Of a DNA stretch of 64,000 nt, positions 50,914 to 63,572 are shown piece by piece. Made by a program: the position numbers and the translations under genes. Within the stretch, counting starts at the first letter, position 1, and the number at the start of each line of letters is the position of its first letter. The notes beneath the pieces were generated by a model. That model saw nothing but the letters and a program-made list of their open reading frames with translations, had not been told where the DNA came from and searched no databases. Location of the stretch: NCBI RefSeq assembly GCF_006345805.1, contig NC_042999.1, positions 18,600,001-18,664,000 of the forward strand, written 5' to 3'. Source of the DNA: Octopus sinensis. Its lineage: Eukaryota.

Positions 50914-53651
50914 TCACTGGAATACTTCTGTATATACGATTTTCCTAGCTGTCCGTTTGGGCGAAAACATGAAAACATCATTGCGCCTCCCAACGCGTGA
51001 ACAGCCCACGTAGAGTTGACCGTGGGCGAAGCACTGTTCGCCCAAATGTAACCCAGCGACTTGTAGCGTTTGGCCTTGGGATTTATTGATCGACTTGCGA
51101 AGCAGAGTTTAACAGGAAACTGAGAACGCCTGAAGTGGATTGGTAGGTCAGCGCCCGACGGTTGAAGGTGCATCCGTGGAATGAAGACGTCCTCTCCCTT
51201 CCCACAACCGGTAAGTATTGTGGCCGTTATTAAATGTGGTGCCAAATGTTTCACAACCAAACGTGAGCCGTTGCACTGTTTAGGTGGAACCAAATTCCTG
51301 ATGAGCATAATGGGCGCACCGACTTTTAACTTCAGGATGTGTGGTGGCAGGCCTGGCGGTTCAAGTGAATTCAGGAATTCAACAGGATAATCGGCAAGCT
51401 GGGCGGGGTCTGCTGTCCTATCTATAGATTTGTAGACGTGGACATCACCAGGAATAGCTTCAAGTAGCTGGATATTGATGGAGTTGACGGTTGTATTTTT
51501 GGGTGCGAGAATAGCTCTGCCTGCCAGCCATTTTAGGTCGCGTAAATTGTTTTGTAGGTCGTGGAAGACAGCGTCCCGGAGGCTAGCAGGGGTGTCGACA
51601 ATGGTGCAAAGTGAGTCCAATTGAACGTAGCCATCCGCATCAGACAGCATCCTATTTTCACCGAGCGATAAGAGGTCCCTGGAGAATGCAGCGGATCCGC
51701 TGTCACCAATTAACTGCGCGCGCATGTTAGTTTGGAGGTGCAAGGGCCGCACATTTGCCCAAAGAGCTGACGACTTAAGGCACGCGCGCACGGCATCGGC
51801 ACGGGTTCCTTTTGGAATAACAGGTAGAGTCTGCCTGAAGTCTCCTGAAAGAAGTAAAGTTAATCCTCCCATGGGGGCCGTAGAGTCTCTGATGTCTTGC
51901 AGGGACCTGTCCAGTGCCTCAAGGGCGCCTTTGTGTGCCATAGTGCACTCGTCCCATACGATGAGTTTGCATCTGCGAAGAATGTCGGCCTGTTCTGAGT
52001 TCTTGGCGATGTTGCAGATACGTGACTCGGACTTTGCCAGATCGAGCGGGAGTCTGAAGGCAGAGTGGGCGGTTCTGCCACCCGGAAGCAACGTGGCCGC
52101 GATACCAGAGGAAGCTACAGCCAGGGCAATGTCCGTGTTGCGTCTGACCTCTGCCAGAATTAGTTTAGTGACGAAGGTTTTGCCAGTGCCGCCGGGTGCA
52201 TCAAGGAAGAAAATCCCCCCACGTTGCTGTCTGACAGAGTCTACGATGGTGTTGTAGGCTATGCGCTGGTCTGGAAGCAGCCGTGGTTCATTATCTTGGA
52301 CGTACTGGTGCAGTTCCTCAATGCAGTAGGAAGTTTCGCGTAACAATTCAGCAGACATAACATTGGCGTGTTCACGTGTGGGTGGTGGAAGGCCGTACTC
52401 TGTTAAAGCAGACCCACCCATATCGATGACAGCGTCTTCGAGTTGAATGAGCGCAAAATTGTAAATGAAGTTGGTGAACGTGATCTCGGCGGAAGGGCAG
52501 TGTTGCTGAGCCGTACGTAAGAAGTCGTGCGACATGTCATCCCTGTATTTCATCCAGAGACTTAGTGGATTACTAAGCTGACATTTTTGAAGAAGGATTG
52601 CGAAAAGATGTCGTAGGGCCGAATGCGTTTGCAGTAAAGCACCCTCTGCCATCGTGGCGTCCCACTGGGAGTCATCCTCTAGAAGGCCAAGTCTCATACA
52701 TGCTTCCCTGAAGGTGTCGCACAGAACCCCATTGACGGTACGTATATTGGCGAAACCTGTTGGACCAGTGACCTCATGTAGAAGGAGACGGAGGTAGAAG
52801 CATTCTTGCTGGTTTGGCGGGATGTTGTAAACTCGACCCAGGCAGGAGTCAAACTTGACGCCTGGGAAGCTTTCGACGTTTTTGCCGGATTTCCGTCGAA
52901 TCCAGGTGTTTTTAGACCACACGAAGTACGATGGGACCTGTGGGTACAAAAGCGTTCGAGCGAAGTCATCACGTTGGCATAATTTGAAGAAACCAGTCAA
53001 CGTTGTGTCTTTAGGGCTGGTGGCTATCTGCACAGCACTTTGCTCTGTGAAGTAAATCCCCTGTCCATTTTCCAAGTGTACAGCAAGCTGCACCACAGCC
53101 GGGTGTCTCTGATGGAGCGGGAAGCCGTAAATGCGCCAAAACGCTTCGTTGCTGCTGAGGTACCGGCCAGCCAAGTAGTTGGACACTTCGTCGCGACTGG
53201 TGGTCCTCTGGATGCTGAACATGGTAGCATCGCTGCCTTTGTTGATATATTTGCAGACATATTGTATTGACCTGATGGAGCTGCAGAACTCAACGTTGAC
53301 GTGGGCTTTGAATATCTTCGACAGGAGAGGACAGTAGGGGACAATGTAGCTGTTGTCCACTTGATGTCGCCCAACCGTAATCGTGCGGCCTCCATTGGCT
53401 GGACTCCTTCGTTTGTACAGCGGATACCCATCGCCGCCTGTTTTAGTCTCCAAAGTGAACCGTTTAGGGAATCCCTTTGAGCAGGCTAATCCGTTTTTGT
53501 AGCATGGTGTGTTGGCGTAATTTGGTCCACAGGGCCCGTGTACCATGGTAGTGCGGACAATTTCGTAGAGTCCGGGGTCCTCATCGGGGTCAGGAATCTC
53601 GGCGGAAATGAATTTGTCAATGTCATTAGTCTCGATTTTATGAGTGAGCCA
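50914..53651 (-). CDS. Helitron RepHel C-terminal part: Y2 catalytic motif and PIF1-family SF1 helicase
   Basis: After the shift WLTHKIETNDIDKFISAEIPDP...MVHGPCG; QYVCKYINKG; DAPGGTGKT; IVWDEC; GDFRQTLPV; ILAPKN. A 1-bp deletion at 51094-51095 hides SINKSQGQT...HGQLYVGCSRVG...EVFQ* (stop ends 50914). Confidence 0.93.
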
Positions 53652-55785
53652 AAATTAAGATGTGAGCATGTGGCAAGCCCCTCTTTTTCCACTCGACCGA
53701 AAACATGTGGCACCTGACATGCCCGAAAATCTGACCCGTAACTATCAAATCCTTCATTTTGCCCAAATTCAGACGGAAAACCCTAGCAACGATGTCGTGT
53801 TGATGGGTGTGAGATTTACCCGGGAGGATTTCGCGAGTGATTTCGTCGCAGCTGGGATTGCACGTGTAGGTGATAAAGAGGTCCGGCCGGCCGTAAATGC
53901 GCACGTAGGTCAAGGCGTCTTGGGTCCTTTCACGCATATATCGCGGTCCTCCCGTGAAGGTGGAGGGTAGAATGCATGGCTTGCCGATGTTGCGAGGGTC
54001 ATTTTCTTGTTGCAAACCGTCACGGAGATGAAAGTAGGAGTCGGAGCGAAGTTTGGTCTGATTAAGTTTAATGTATAGCAGCCTTTCCGATTCCATTTTT
54101 GCGGCCATGTCGACGGCGAACTGGTTGAATAGCTGACGACAACGGGGCAATAAGTTGAACTCACCCTCCCTGACCATGAACCGGTATGAGTAGAACGCCT
54201 TGCAGGAAACCGTCTTTGATGCCGCAGTAGTTTGATTGGAGGGCTGCCGTAAAGGAATTCCGAAGTGGTAGCCGTCTTCCCCATAAGGGAAAAGCAATGG
54301 ATACTGAAGCGCGTCATAAGATCTGTGAGTCTCGCTGATCCTGTGTAGGTTGTTACCACGGGAGGAGATGATTATGTCACGGCTGTTGTGTTGCTCTCCG
54401 TGTATAACTGCGGCAATTTCGTTGCACGCAGGTGCGTTGAAACGGCGTTCGTGCTCCCCGTGGGGTCGTTTATCAGCATCAATGACAACGGTGAAGTTTG
54501 GAGAAGGAGCACTGTCCAAGGCATATCTGAAGCTGCAGACGTAGCTGTTGATATCATGAAGCATGGTTTGGAGACGGAGAAGAATGTCTTTGCGGGGAAC
54601 ATAGCTTGTACCCGGTATTATTCCAAGGCGTGCATCAACCTGGTGGTTGTAGTCGGCAATGAAGTATATTTGGAGGAAAGAAGACTGCTGAATCTCGTCT
54701 GGCAGAAGTGACCCAATAAGATGGTAGACCTGTCCCTGCACTTTGAAAGTAGGCATCCAGCCTTCTCTGGGAGGAATTTTGGCCCCGAAAGAGGTCATTT
54801 GGAATGAGCAGTTGTACTTTCGAATTATTTCAAGGAATTGTGACGAATCGGGGGTTAAACCCGCCGCGAGATCCTTCAGTGGTTGAGGTGGTTCCCGTAG
54901 GGGTGGCAGGTCCACTTTGCCACCAGAGCAGCACAAACCAGGTGGCTCTCCGGGCCATTTCTTGGCTTTGCAAAACTGGCATACAATTGTCATTGACCCT
55001 ATCTTGATGTCGTCACGCAAGGAGAAGTTAATTGTGGCGTCGTAGTTGAATGCTAGTGACAACCAGAAAGCGGGGGCAGGGGTACGTACACCACGAATGA
55101 TATCCCGACGTTTGTTGATACTCTCAAGTCGAGTGCACCGTGCCTCAGCAGATTCAGATGCACGTGCGACAGCGGTAGCAGTGGCATCCCTTGAAAGCCT
55201 TTCAGCTCTCGCCTCAGCACCCTCTGAAGCCCTAGCAGAAGCAGTGTTAATGGCATGTCTGGATGTCCGAATAGTCCGTTGGTGTGGAGTTTCGGCAGAT
55301 CGAGCCCTGGCTGTGTTTGCGGCGTTAGCAGCTTGGCGAGCTCTCCTCTGTTGAGGTGTTTCGGCAGTTTTGGCCATGGCTTTGTTTGCGGCGTCAGCAT
55401 CTTGGCGAGTTCTCCTCTGCTGTGAGGTTTCGACAGATCGTGTCCTGGCAGTGCTAGTGGCGTTAGCCGCATTCCGAATGGCCCTTTGTTCGGGGTTCTC
55501 GCGAGCTCTGCGGATGGAAGCACAGTAAGAAGCCCGCATGTTTTGGCTGGACTGTTGCTCTTTCGTCAACCTCGAGCGGAGGGAAGATCTGTACGCTGCG
55601 ACCCTTGCAAGTCGGGTAGAACGGTCGCTAGTAGTTTCAGATGCCTGAGCAGCGGCATAACGGGAAGCTGTTTGCGAGAGGCGCAAGGCGGTTTCCTCGT
55701 GGGTCTCGCGTGCCCTTCTAGCCCTAGCAGCCGATGCCTTGGCCGTCCGAGGGTTGAGGAGGGTCCTTCTCTTCTTGGGTGGCAT
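53638..55785 (-). CDS. Helitron RepHel N-terminal part: Ala/Arg-rich repeats, Zn finger, Rep (HUH) domain
   Basis: Likely start MPPKKRR at 55785; CQFCKAKKWPGEPPGLCCSGG; YDALQYPLLF; LPSTFTGGPRYM; GRPDLFITYTCN; EWKKRGLPHAH. An extra base in the A4 run at 53651-53654 shifts the frame. Confidence 0.93.
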   Translation of the reverse strand: MPPKKRRTLLNPRTAKASAARARRARETHEETALRLSQTASRYAAAQASETTSDRSTRLARVAAYRSSLRSRLTKEQQSSQNMRASYCASIRRARENPEQRAIRNAANATSTARTRSVETSQQRRTRQDADAANKAMAKTAETPQQRRARQAANAANTARARSAETPHQRTIRTSRHAINTASARASEGAEARAERLSRDATATAVARASESAEARCTRLESINKRRDIIRGVRTPAPAFWLSLAFNYDATINFSLRDDIKIGSMTIVCQFCKAKKWPGEPPGLCCSGGKVDLPPLREPPQPLKDLAAGLTPDSSQFLEIIRKYNCSFQMTSFGAKIPPREGWMPTFKVQGQVYHLIGSLLPDEIQQSSFLQIYFIADYNHQVDARLGIIPGTSYVPRKDILLRLQTMLHDINSYVCSFRYALDSAPSPNFTVVIDADKRPHGEHERRFNAPACNEIAAVIHGEQHNSRDIIISSRGNNLHRISETHRSYDALQYPLLFPYGEDGYHFGIPLRQPSNQTTAASKTVSCKAFYSYRFMVREGEFNLLPRCRQLFNQFAVDMAAKMESERLLYIKLNQTKLRSDSYFHLRDGLQQENDPRNIGKPCILPSTFTGGPRYMRERTQDALTYVRIYGRPDLFITYTCNPSCDEITREILPGKSHTHQHDIVARVFRLNLGKMKDLIVTGQIFGHVRCHMFSVEWKKRGLPHAHILILAHS

Positions 55786-57151
55786 TTTGGTGGATAGCAA
55801 TGTGTTTGGCAAAGGTGTAATAAAAAGGAACACGTGGGGTAAGTATTTTGGTGGATAGCAATGTGTTTGGTAAAGGTGTAATAAAAAGGAGCTCGTGGGG
55901 TAAGTATCCGAAAATGTATAAAAATGTACAAAAACGGCCAAAAAGCTGGCAGCAATGTGAGTGACAACAACGAAAAAGTCAAAAGTGATCAAACTGAACA
56001 AACGAAAGGAAAAGTTTTTTGATGCACACGACAAAAGTGGTTTATAATAAACCAAGAGTTTGCAAGTAGCGTCCGAGGACCGTTAGGGTACGTCAAAAAT
56101 TGAAGGTAAAACGTTTGGGGAGGTAGTTATAAAGAAAGTTTAAACCCAAAAAGTATTCGAATAACTTGCGGCTGCAGCAGCTATTAGCAGAAGTGGCGGT
56201 GTTGGGGGTAAAGTCTCGAATGTAATTTCTTCCTGGTAGGAATTGGTTGGATCGAATTATCGATAGCTAAAAAGGTCAAGTTGCGTCCCCTAGACAGTCT
56301 GGTTTGTGTTTAATACACAAATTTGTTTGCTATGTGTGCCACATATGATTAAATGAACCGATCTTTTCCAATAATGTATCCTATTGGAATAAAAAGGGCT
56401 ATATAGCTCCTTGGAGCAGACATGATGCGCGTTGTGAAAAAAAAAAGATTCCTGCCAATTTGTGAAAGATATTGTCGAAAATATGTCATCTTGAATTTGA
56501 ACGCGATTTCCCAAAATGGCATGATTTTATCGATTGTTTCTGATGGTAAGGTATTGCATGGAAAACTAACGTCAGAATTGAGTTTCTTAGGGTAACATTA
56601 AGCTTCACCATGAGTTTGGTGAAAATCGATTGCAAGTTGTGAAAACTACCATAGATGATGCGTTGCATAAAAAAAGGTTAGATTCTCGAGTTGCGTCCCC
56701 TAGACAGTCTGTGGTTCATGTTTATGATTCTCGACCCCATGTCGAATTTATCAATTTTTTTCAGAACTGGGGGAACTTTTCAAAATTTTCGCTTCGTTAG
56801 TTTTGAATTATGACATTGGGCTATGTGTGTGTCAAGTTTCATCAGAATCGGTTGAAAGCCGTGGTCAGGGTGAGGGTACGAGAAAACAGACACACAGAAG
56901 CACGCACAGACAAACTGCCGTTTATATATAGAGAGATTTTTATTTTCCTAAAATTTTCGTTCCGTCTTGCAACCCTTTCAATAATCTTGAGTCTTGACTA
57001 TTGAAAAGGTTGCAAGACGCAACGAAAATTTTAGAAAATAAAAAAAAGAAATAAGTGGAAATTTTACCGGTGAGTGTGTTAAATAATAAGGCACTAAAAG
57101 AGAATGACTCTCCCCAGACACAACTGTATATTTACATGTGTGCCGTAACAC

Positions 57152-57387
57152 TATATATTTCTTTACTACCCACAAGGGGCTAAACACAGAGATGACAAAC
57201 AAGGACAGAAAAAACAGATTAAGTCGAGTATATCGACCCAAGTGCGTAACTGGTTCTTAATTTATCGACCCCGAAAGGATCAAAGGCAAAGTCGTCCTCG
57301 GCGGAATTTGAACTCGGAATGTAACGACAGACGAAATACGGCTACCAATTTCGCCCGGCGTGCTAACGTTTCTGCTATCTCGCCGCC
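57152..57387 (-). mobile_element. SINE family B
   Basis: Reversed full module. Confidence 0.88.
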
Positions 57388-60300
57388 TGTCAAGCCGTAA
57401 GATTATAAAGGGTATAGTATTTAACTATGTGACTGTACATTATGCTTAAATCGTCCTGCACGTTGCATTTTGTTGTCATTTGCTAACATTAATATGTGTA
57501 TTACAAGTAACTTAAGTACAGATAAGGATAACCATCGCCTTTATTCGTCTATGATTGCGTAATATTTTCATTTTATTGTTGTACTTGTTATGGTATCTGA
57601 TGTAATCGCATGGCTGTCCGTATAATTAACACTGTACACATATGTATCGTCATTTTGATTTTCATGAAATTAACGATTTTGATCAATTAATTATTTTCTG
57701 GAAATCAGGTGATCATTTCATTGAATGCGAGATTATCATCATTTCCTATAGACATTGATAACAAAAGAGATCTGTGGTGTAATATATTCGAGATTCCTTG
57801 ATAAAGAAACGCACAACAATGAAAGGGAAATACAAAAAGTATTCATTATGACTCAAATGGAATTTTATTATTCTTTATCTATGAATCTTTCAAAAAGCGT
57901 AGAAAGTATTGAACGAAATAAAAGACAAATTACATTAAAAACATGGCATTACAATTGTTAAAAAATAAATAACCGAATAAATATTCATCACATGGAGTTA
58001 AGTTGTTATTCATGCATATATCAAAGGCGAACGGGTGCATTTTGAAAGGAAATCAGACGGAATGTTCCTTTATTCATTGAAAAACATAAAGCAATTATCG
58101 TCATGTTTTTTACGTTTATTAGTAAAACAAATATATTGTTGTAAGCATGTCGCCGTAGGGCGTTTTTCCTTATCTAGTATAACTAAGAAATTATATTGAT
58201 TGTACATCATCAGTCATTTTTATGTGTTTGATATTTTAGCTTCCGTTTAATATTACTATAAGATTTTGTTTCCTGTTTTATAACGTAATTTCTTACTCTG
58301 AATGTAACGATACACTTCGAATAAAAAAACGACGCCATTTTACAGTTACACACAAGACTTCTAGTTTGTATAATTACTTTGGTTTAACATCACGCCTAAA
58401 GGCCTTTAAAATGTGCAATGAAATCCGCAGAAGCTCTTGTAAGATAATCACCGTAATTCGTTGCTCTTCAGTTACGAACCACCTTTAATTAGCCAACTGA
58501 AATAAAAATAAAGCCGCCTCCAACAAGATATTGATACTCCGAATTAGGATGTAGTTAAACAGATAAAGATCAAACAGCCAAAAGAAATAGTAACATATAA
58601 AATAGTATTAATTATCGTATAAACAGTAATATAAAATACAATATAAACAGATGTAAATATAGCGACATGGATATTAATTGAAAGCAAATCAGATCAAATT
58701 ATTTGTTTCCTTGAAAATTCAGAACTATCAGGGATGTAATATTTCTGTTTGATAGAAATGAACTAAAAAAAATCTTGTGCAAAATGTAATGTAAATAATG
58801 TAAATAAATTAGAGAAGAAATATTTCTTGAAAGATAGTTGAAATTTAGATATGTATTTGTCATGAGAGACCAGATATTTTAACGTTAAACTCAAGATATT
58901 TTCAAAAGAAAATATATTTACTCATTCTGAAATCGTGATGTATTCTTCAGTTATCGACACTAACAAAAGACAAAAGACACTTTACTGTTTATGGTATAGT
59001 AAATTTAATTATTTTAATACAGGCGAATCAATAAGCGTGTGATTTGTACTGTTCTTGTGTTATTATTTCGACATATATCCAATATATTTTCGAAATTATG
59101 AACATACGCTAATTGCTAACTGGAATAAGAAACGTATTTCTTCTATCCCAATAGAAAAAATCTGGAAATATTAACTTAATTCGCCATTTATTGAAGTGGT
59201 GAAAGTAGCAAAGTGGTGAATGTCATCGAGATTTGAAGGAGATTGCGCATTTAAAAAGGATGAAGTCCAATCAAGAGAAACAAATAACTGCACAACCAAT
59301 GATTACGAATATCAAAAATTGTACAAAACAACACTGAAGTGTGTTACTAAGAATTAAGTTGGCGATATATAATATATCATTTAACTGAACTCAGAAATAT
59401 TGTTTGTATGTCTCATTAGGTAATTATTAACTATTTGCTATGCATGACTAATATCAACAAACATATATTAATACTCCAATATGGCCTCTTTCTCACTTTC
59501 ACCCGTTTCCTCTAACTTTTTCATTGTGATTTTATATATTTAACGAAAATATAAAACGATGGTATTTACAAAGTATTCACAAAACATTCTCAACATTTAT
59601 TCCTTTGTATAACTTAGGCATTAACATTTACTTTCGAAACTACTTTTGCAGTATAATTATGGATTTCACCAATATATGGCATCTGTAGTCGTGTTGTATT
59701 TAAATCAAGGTTTTCTTTACACGATCGTTATCTATTGTTTGATGTATGCAATGAACTATGATTGAGTCCTCTCTAAAAGATCTGATTTAATAATATCCAC
59801 TAAGTTCAATATGTTGCAATAGTAGAGGCTCGTATACTGGAATGCACATTTGTAGGCCGATTCTTTTTCATTCCATTCTGAAGTAAGAGATTAAATACTC
59901 TGCTTTTTTGTATAAACTTTCATTTCATTTCCGTCACTTTATCGGATGTGATTCTCTGAAGTAATATAAAATAATACATGCATTTATCACGTTTTTTGTA
60001 TGAGCAATATGGAAGTTCTTACCTGCAATATCAGATAAAACTGAAATACCCAATGCAGATAAAATGCTATTAGATAACTCGCTACTTGTATAAAATTAAT
60101 GCATTACAAATTTGCTGAAAGGTTGAAATATTAAATTCTAAAATATTAAATTATTGATTACCATAGAAATACATTTCTCGCTTTTTGATAGTGGTGTTAG
60201 TATATTAGATCACTTCGTCTCTGAGAAGGCTAAATCTCTGGTGATTTTTTATTAAATCGAAATTAATCATTTATTGGGAGATTTTATCTGTTTTAAACGG

Positions 60301-60818
60301 CATCTATTGCCTATTACAGTATATCGTAAACAGAGTTATTGTTAGATGTAGCTAGTAATTTAGTCCTAACATTTATTATTTTAAACAGTTTTGTTTCATC
60401 AACAGTAGCTGAAATTATTGATTTTAGAAAGAATGGTGTAAATGTTTTAAAAATTAAAATAAAAATAAAAGTATGAAAATAATATCACGTTCAATAAATT
60501 TAATATCCTATGTATGTCTTTAAGTTGGTTTGTTAGGTTTTCTTGTTTTCTTTTTTTGTCGGCCTAGATCGCACTTTATTGAACAATTGGAAGTTTTTAT
60601 CATTCGCTTCAATCTTACCAAGAAAAAAATAAAGCATTAAATCTTATCTGATATTTATAAAAGTTCTTCGAGAAATCTCATATAGTTCAGTTTCAAAGTT
60701 TGTTCAAACCATCTTGCATGTTTAATTGCAATACAGTTTCCTATTTAAATTTTATGGCTGACAAAATACATGGGAATTAAAATGAAATTATGTGTTATCG
60801 GACAACTGGCCAGAGTAG

Positions 60819-61466
60819 ATATGTCTGTCTACGTTACTAGACTTTGAATATTTGGATTTTCTTTTTGCTCTCTTGATAAGTAAAAAAAAAAACAACGTAC
60901 AAATTTGTGCAATAAATACCCGTAACTGGTGTTTCAATGCCGATTATCTTGTGACGTCTAGCTTTCATACTTGGTGTTTCAAAAAAAAAAAAGTGAAAAC
61001 GGCAACTTGTGATTTCAAGCAATGAAATATTTGTCAGAATCTTAGAAATATAAACTTTAAGAATATTCAGCAGAACACTTCTACACATATTAAAGTGTTG
61101 TATAATATAAAACACAATTGCTGTAACAGATCATAGAAAAATATATGTCTATCTATATTACTATACTTCGAGTATTCGGATTTTGTTTTTGCTCTCTTGA
61201 TAAGAAAAAAAAAAACGTTGAAATCTGTGCAGTAAATACCCGTAACAGGGTGTTTCAATGTCGATTACCTTGTGACGTCTAGCTTTCATACTTAGTATTT
61301 CCAAAAAAAAAAAGCCAACTTATTGTGTATTTCAAGCAAAGAAATATTTGTCAGAAACTTAGAAATATAACCTTTTAGGATATTCAGTAGAACTGTTCTA
61401 CACATACCAAAGTGCTGTATAATATTAAACACAATTGCTGTAAGAGATCAAAGAAAATATATATAT
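60819..61466. repeat. Diverged tandem duplication, period 324 bp
   Basis: ATATGTCT.TCTA..TTACTA at 60819 and 61143; colinear throughout. Confidence 0.9.
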
Positions 61467-61834
61467 AAACAAAAATTGTACGATTAAAGTTCCATGTAGT
61501 GCACAAATAAATGTTTAAATCTCGTCTTATGCACGTTTATCTCACTAAAACGATCACGATTAGGAACGGGAGATTTTCTGTGGACGTGATTACACTCAAG
61601 AAAACTCGTTTTAAACTACTTAACGTTCTGTAGACAGACAGATCTTCGTTTCCGTTGAGGCTATCAAAAATTAATGAGAATGATTCCACATTTTCCACAA
61701 CATGTAGTGATAAAATGCCGCGTTGAACCAATTTTCAGCGGAGATACATGTTTACGATTAAAAGTATACTACATTTCAAAATATTACCAATGGCGTAACA
61801 ATTTTCGCAGCGTGGAAATTGTCGTGCATGATAT

Positions 61835-62065
61835 ATTTCTTTAGTACCCACAAGGGGCTAAACATAGAAGGGAAAAACAAGGACAAACAAAGGGATTAAG
61901 TCGATTAAATCGACCCCAGTGCGAAACTGGTACTTCATTTATCGACCCCGAAAGGATGAAAGGCAAAGTCGACCTCGGCGGAATTTGAACTCAGAACGTA
62001 ATGGCAGATGAAATACGGCTACGCATTTCGCCCGTCGTGCTAATGTTTCTGCCAGCTCGCCACCT
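61835..62065 (-). mobile_element. SINE family B
   Basis: Reversed full module. Confidence 0.88.
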
Positions 62066-62599
62066 TCTCATAAGTCGTGCATAATAAAGGAATTAGTTTA
62101 ATTTGGTTAATTATGACCGTGAATCTATAAACATTGTAGATGACAAATACATCTATGAATATCTCCGGTCATGTTTTCTTCTAATGAAACCTAGAAAATT
62201 ATACGAATGATCGAATATTTTCTTTTCATGAATCAGAAAATGAACATGTATTAATAGACATTTTCTAATCAGCCAACAAAACACGATTCTTTGATCAGGA
62301 ACTGAAGCACTGCTGTATTAGAAATATAAATACTTATTAAATGCGTATAGAGGATAAACAGGTCAGGCTAGTAATATCACATATTTCAGCACCAGAAAGA
62401 CTGAATAATCACTCTGATAATTGCTTTTAATCCAGGAATTATTATCGTCTAAAGGCAAAAACATTTTAGTATTTTAGTAAGATTTGTATTTCAACTCCAT
62501 CTACATTCGTATATATTCAAGAATATTCAAGTATGCCGATATATGAAGAATGCGAGGTAGGATGCAAATCAAATCAAGAATGTTGAATTAATAACGATT

Positions 62600-62961
62600 A
62601 CTCTTTTACTCTTTTACTTGTTTCAGTCACTTGATTTTTAGCCATGCTGGAGCACCGTTTTAGTCGAGGAAATTGACCTCAGGACTTATTCCTTGTAAGC
62701 CAAGTACTTATTCTATCGGTCTCTTTTACCGAACCGCTAAGTTACGGGAACGTAAACACAGCACCATCGGTTGTCAAGCGATGTTGGGGGAACAAAAACA
62801 TACACACACACAAACACACACACACAATCACACACATACACGCACGCACACACACACATGTATATACATATATATATACGACGGGCTTCTTTCATTTTCC
62901 GTCTACCAAATCCACTCACAAGGCTTTGGTCGACCCGAGGCTATAGTAGAAGACACTTGCC
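62600..62961 (-). mobile_element. SINE family C, 5'-truncated
   Basis: Reverse complement of family C lacking the head. Confidence 0.87.
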
Positions 62962-63572
62962 CGATTAGAAGTTTTTTTAAAAAACAGAATACAAAGCAAA
63001 CAGTTGTTGATATGATTAAATCGGCAATATAATAATATTACTCATTGTTGACTGAAGAACCGGTGCCTGTTATTTAACATCTGTACACTATGTTTCTTAC
63101 TGGTAGACTAGAATCTAATTACGGCTATATTTAATAAACGTTTAGATGAACACTGTCTTCAGATAAATAGCCCTTTTGCGCACACTGACTTTGAATCCAT
63201 CTAACTGTACTGATGTTCATATATATCACTTCTGTCAGGCCAAATTGTTAATTATGAATTATTACAAACAATGAAACGATGAATGTGGTGCGCATACATT
63301 TCTGATATGCACAAAATAATTACCTGAAGAATCTCATATATGAATTCCACAAAAGGCCATTATTGGGCTCTGCACACGTAAGAAACGCAGAATTTCTAAT
63401 ATGAAACATTCATATAGATATGGCTTTGGTCCTTTTTTCACCCGATGTGTTCAATAAGTGTATATATCATAAAAGTACTATGATACAATTATATGATGAT
63501 ATGTGCAGCATTATGTGATTACAACGCTAAGAATATGTAAAGCGGTCCATAAGCATGTACATGAAAGTATAG

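Larger units (their letters stand above)
50792..56936 (-). mobile_element. Full-length autonomous-type Helitron, 6,145 bp
   Basis: 5' end A|TCTCTCTATATATAAACGG at 56936; 3' end CCCGG-GCAACG-CCGGG-CTGTGCTG-CTAG|T at 50792; RepHel ORF inside; no TSD. Confidence 0.97.
50710..57126. mobile_element. 272-bp palindromic (Tc1/mariner-like) MITE interrupted by the Helitron
   Basis: 50713-50790 is the exact reverse complement of 57047-57124. Removing 50792-56936 gives a near-perfect palindrome with a 15-nt loop at 56984-56998. Right end CTG|TA. Confidence 0.88.

Noticed and set aside
55786-56055. N-terminal 90 aa of the 805-aa Helitron ORF
   Set aside because: It runs through the 61-bp duplication and low-complexity leader; MPPKKRR at 55785 is the more typical start.
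59220-59357. 45-aa ORF MSSRFEGDCAF...CVTKN
   Set aside because: Protein-like but short, preceded by an in-frame stop, with no convincing splice partners or motif.
10598-60040. Minus-strand micro-exon-like segments (60023-60040, 43675-43710, 37466-37492, 25777-25824, 25077-25111, 13453-13470, 10598-10625)
   Set aside because: Each has plausible splice signals, but they do not form one phase-consistent chain or a recognisable peptide, and chance matches are expected in AT-rich DNA. RNA-seq would be needed.
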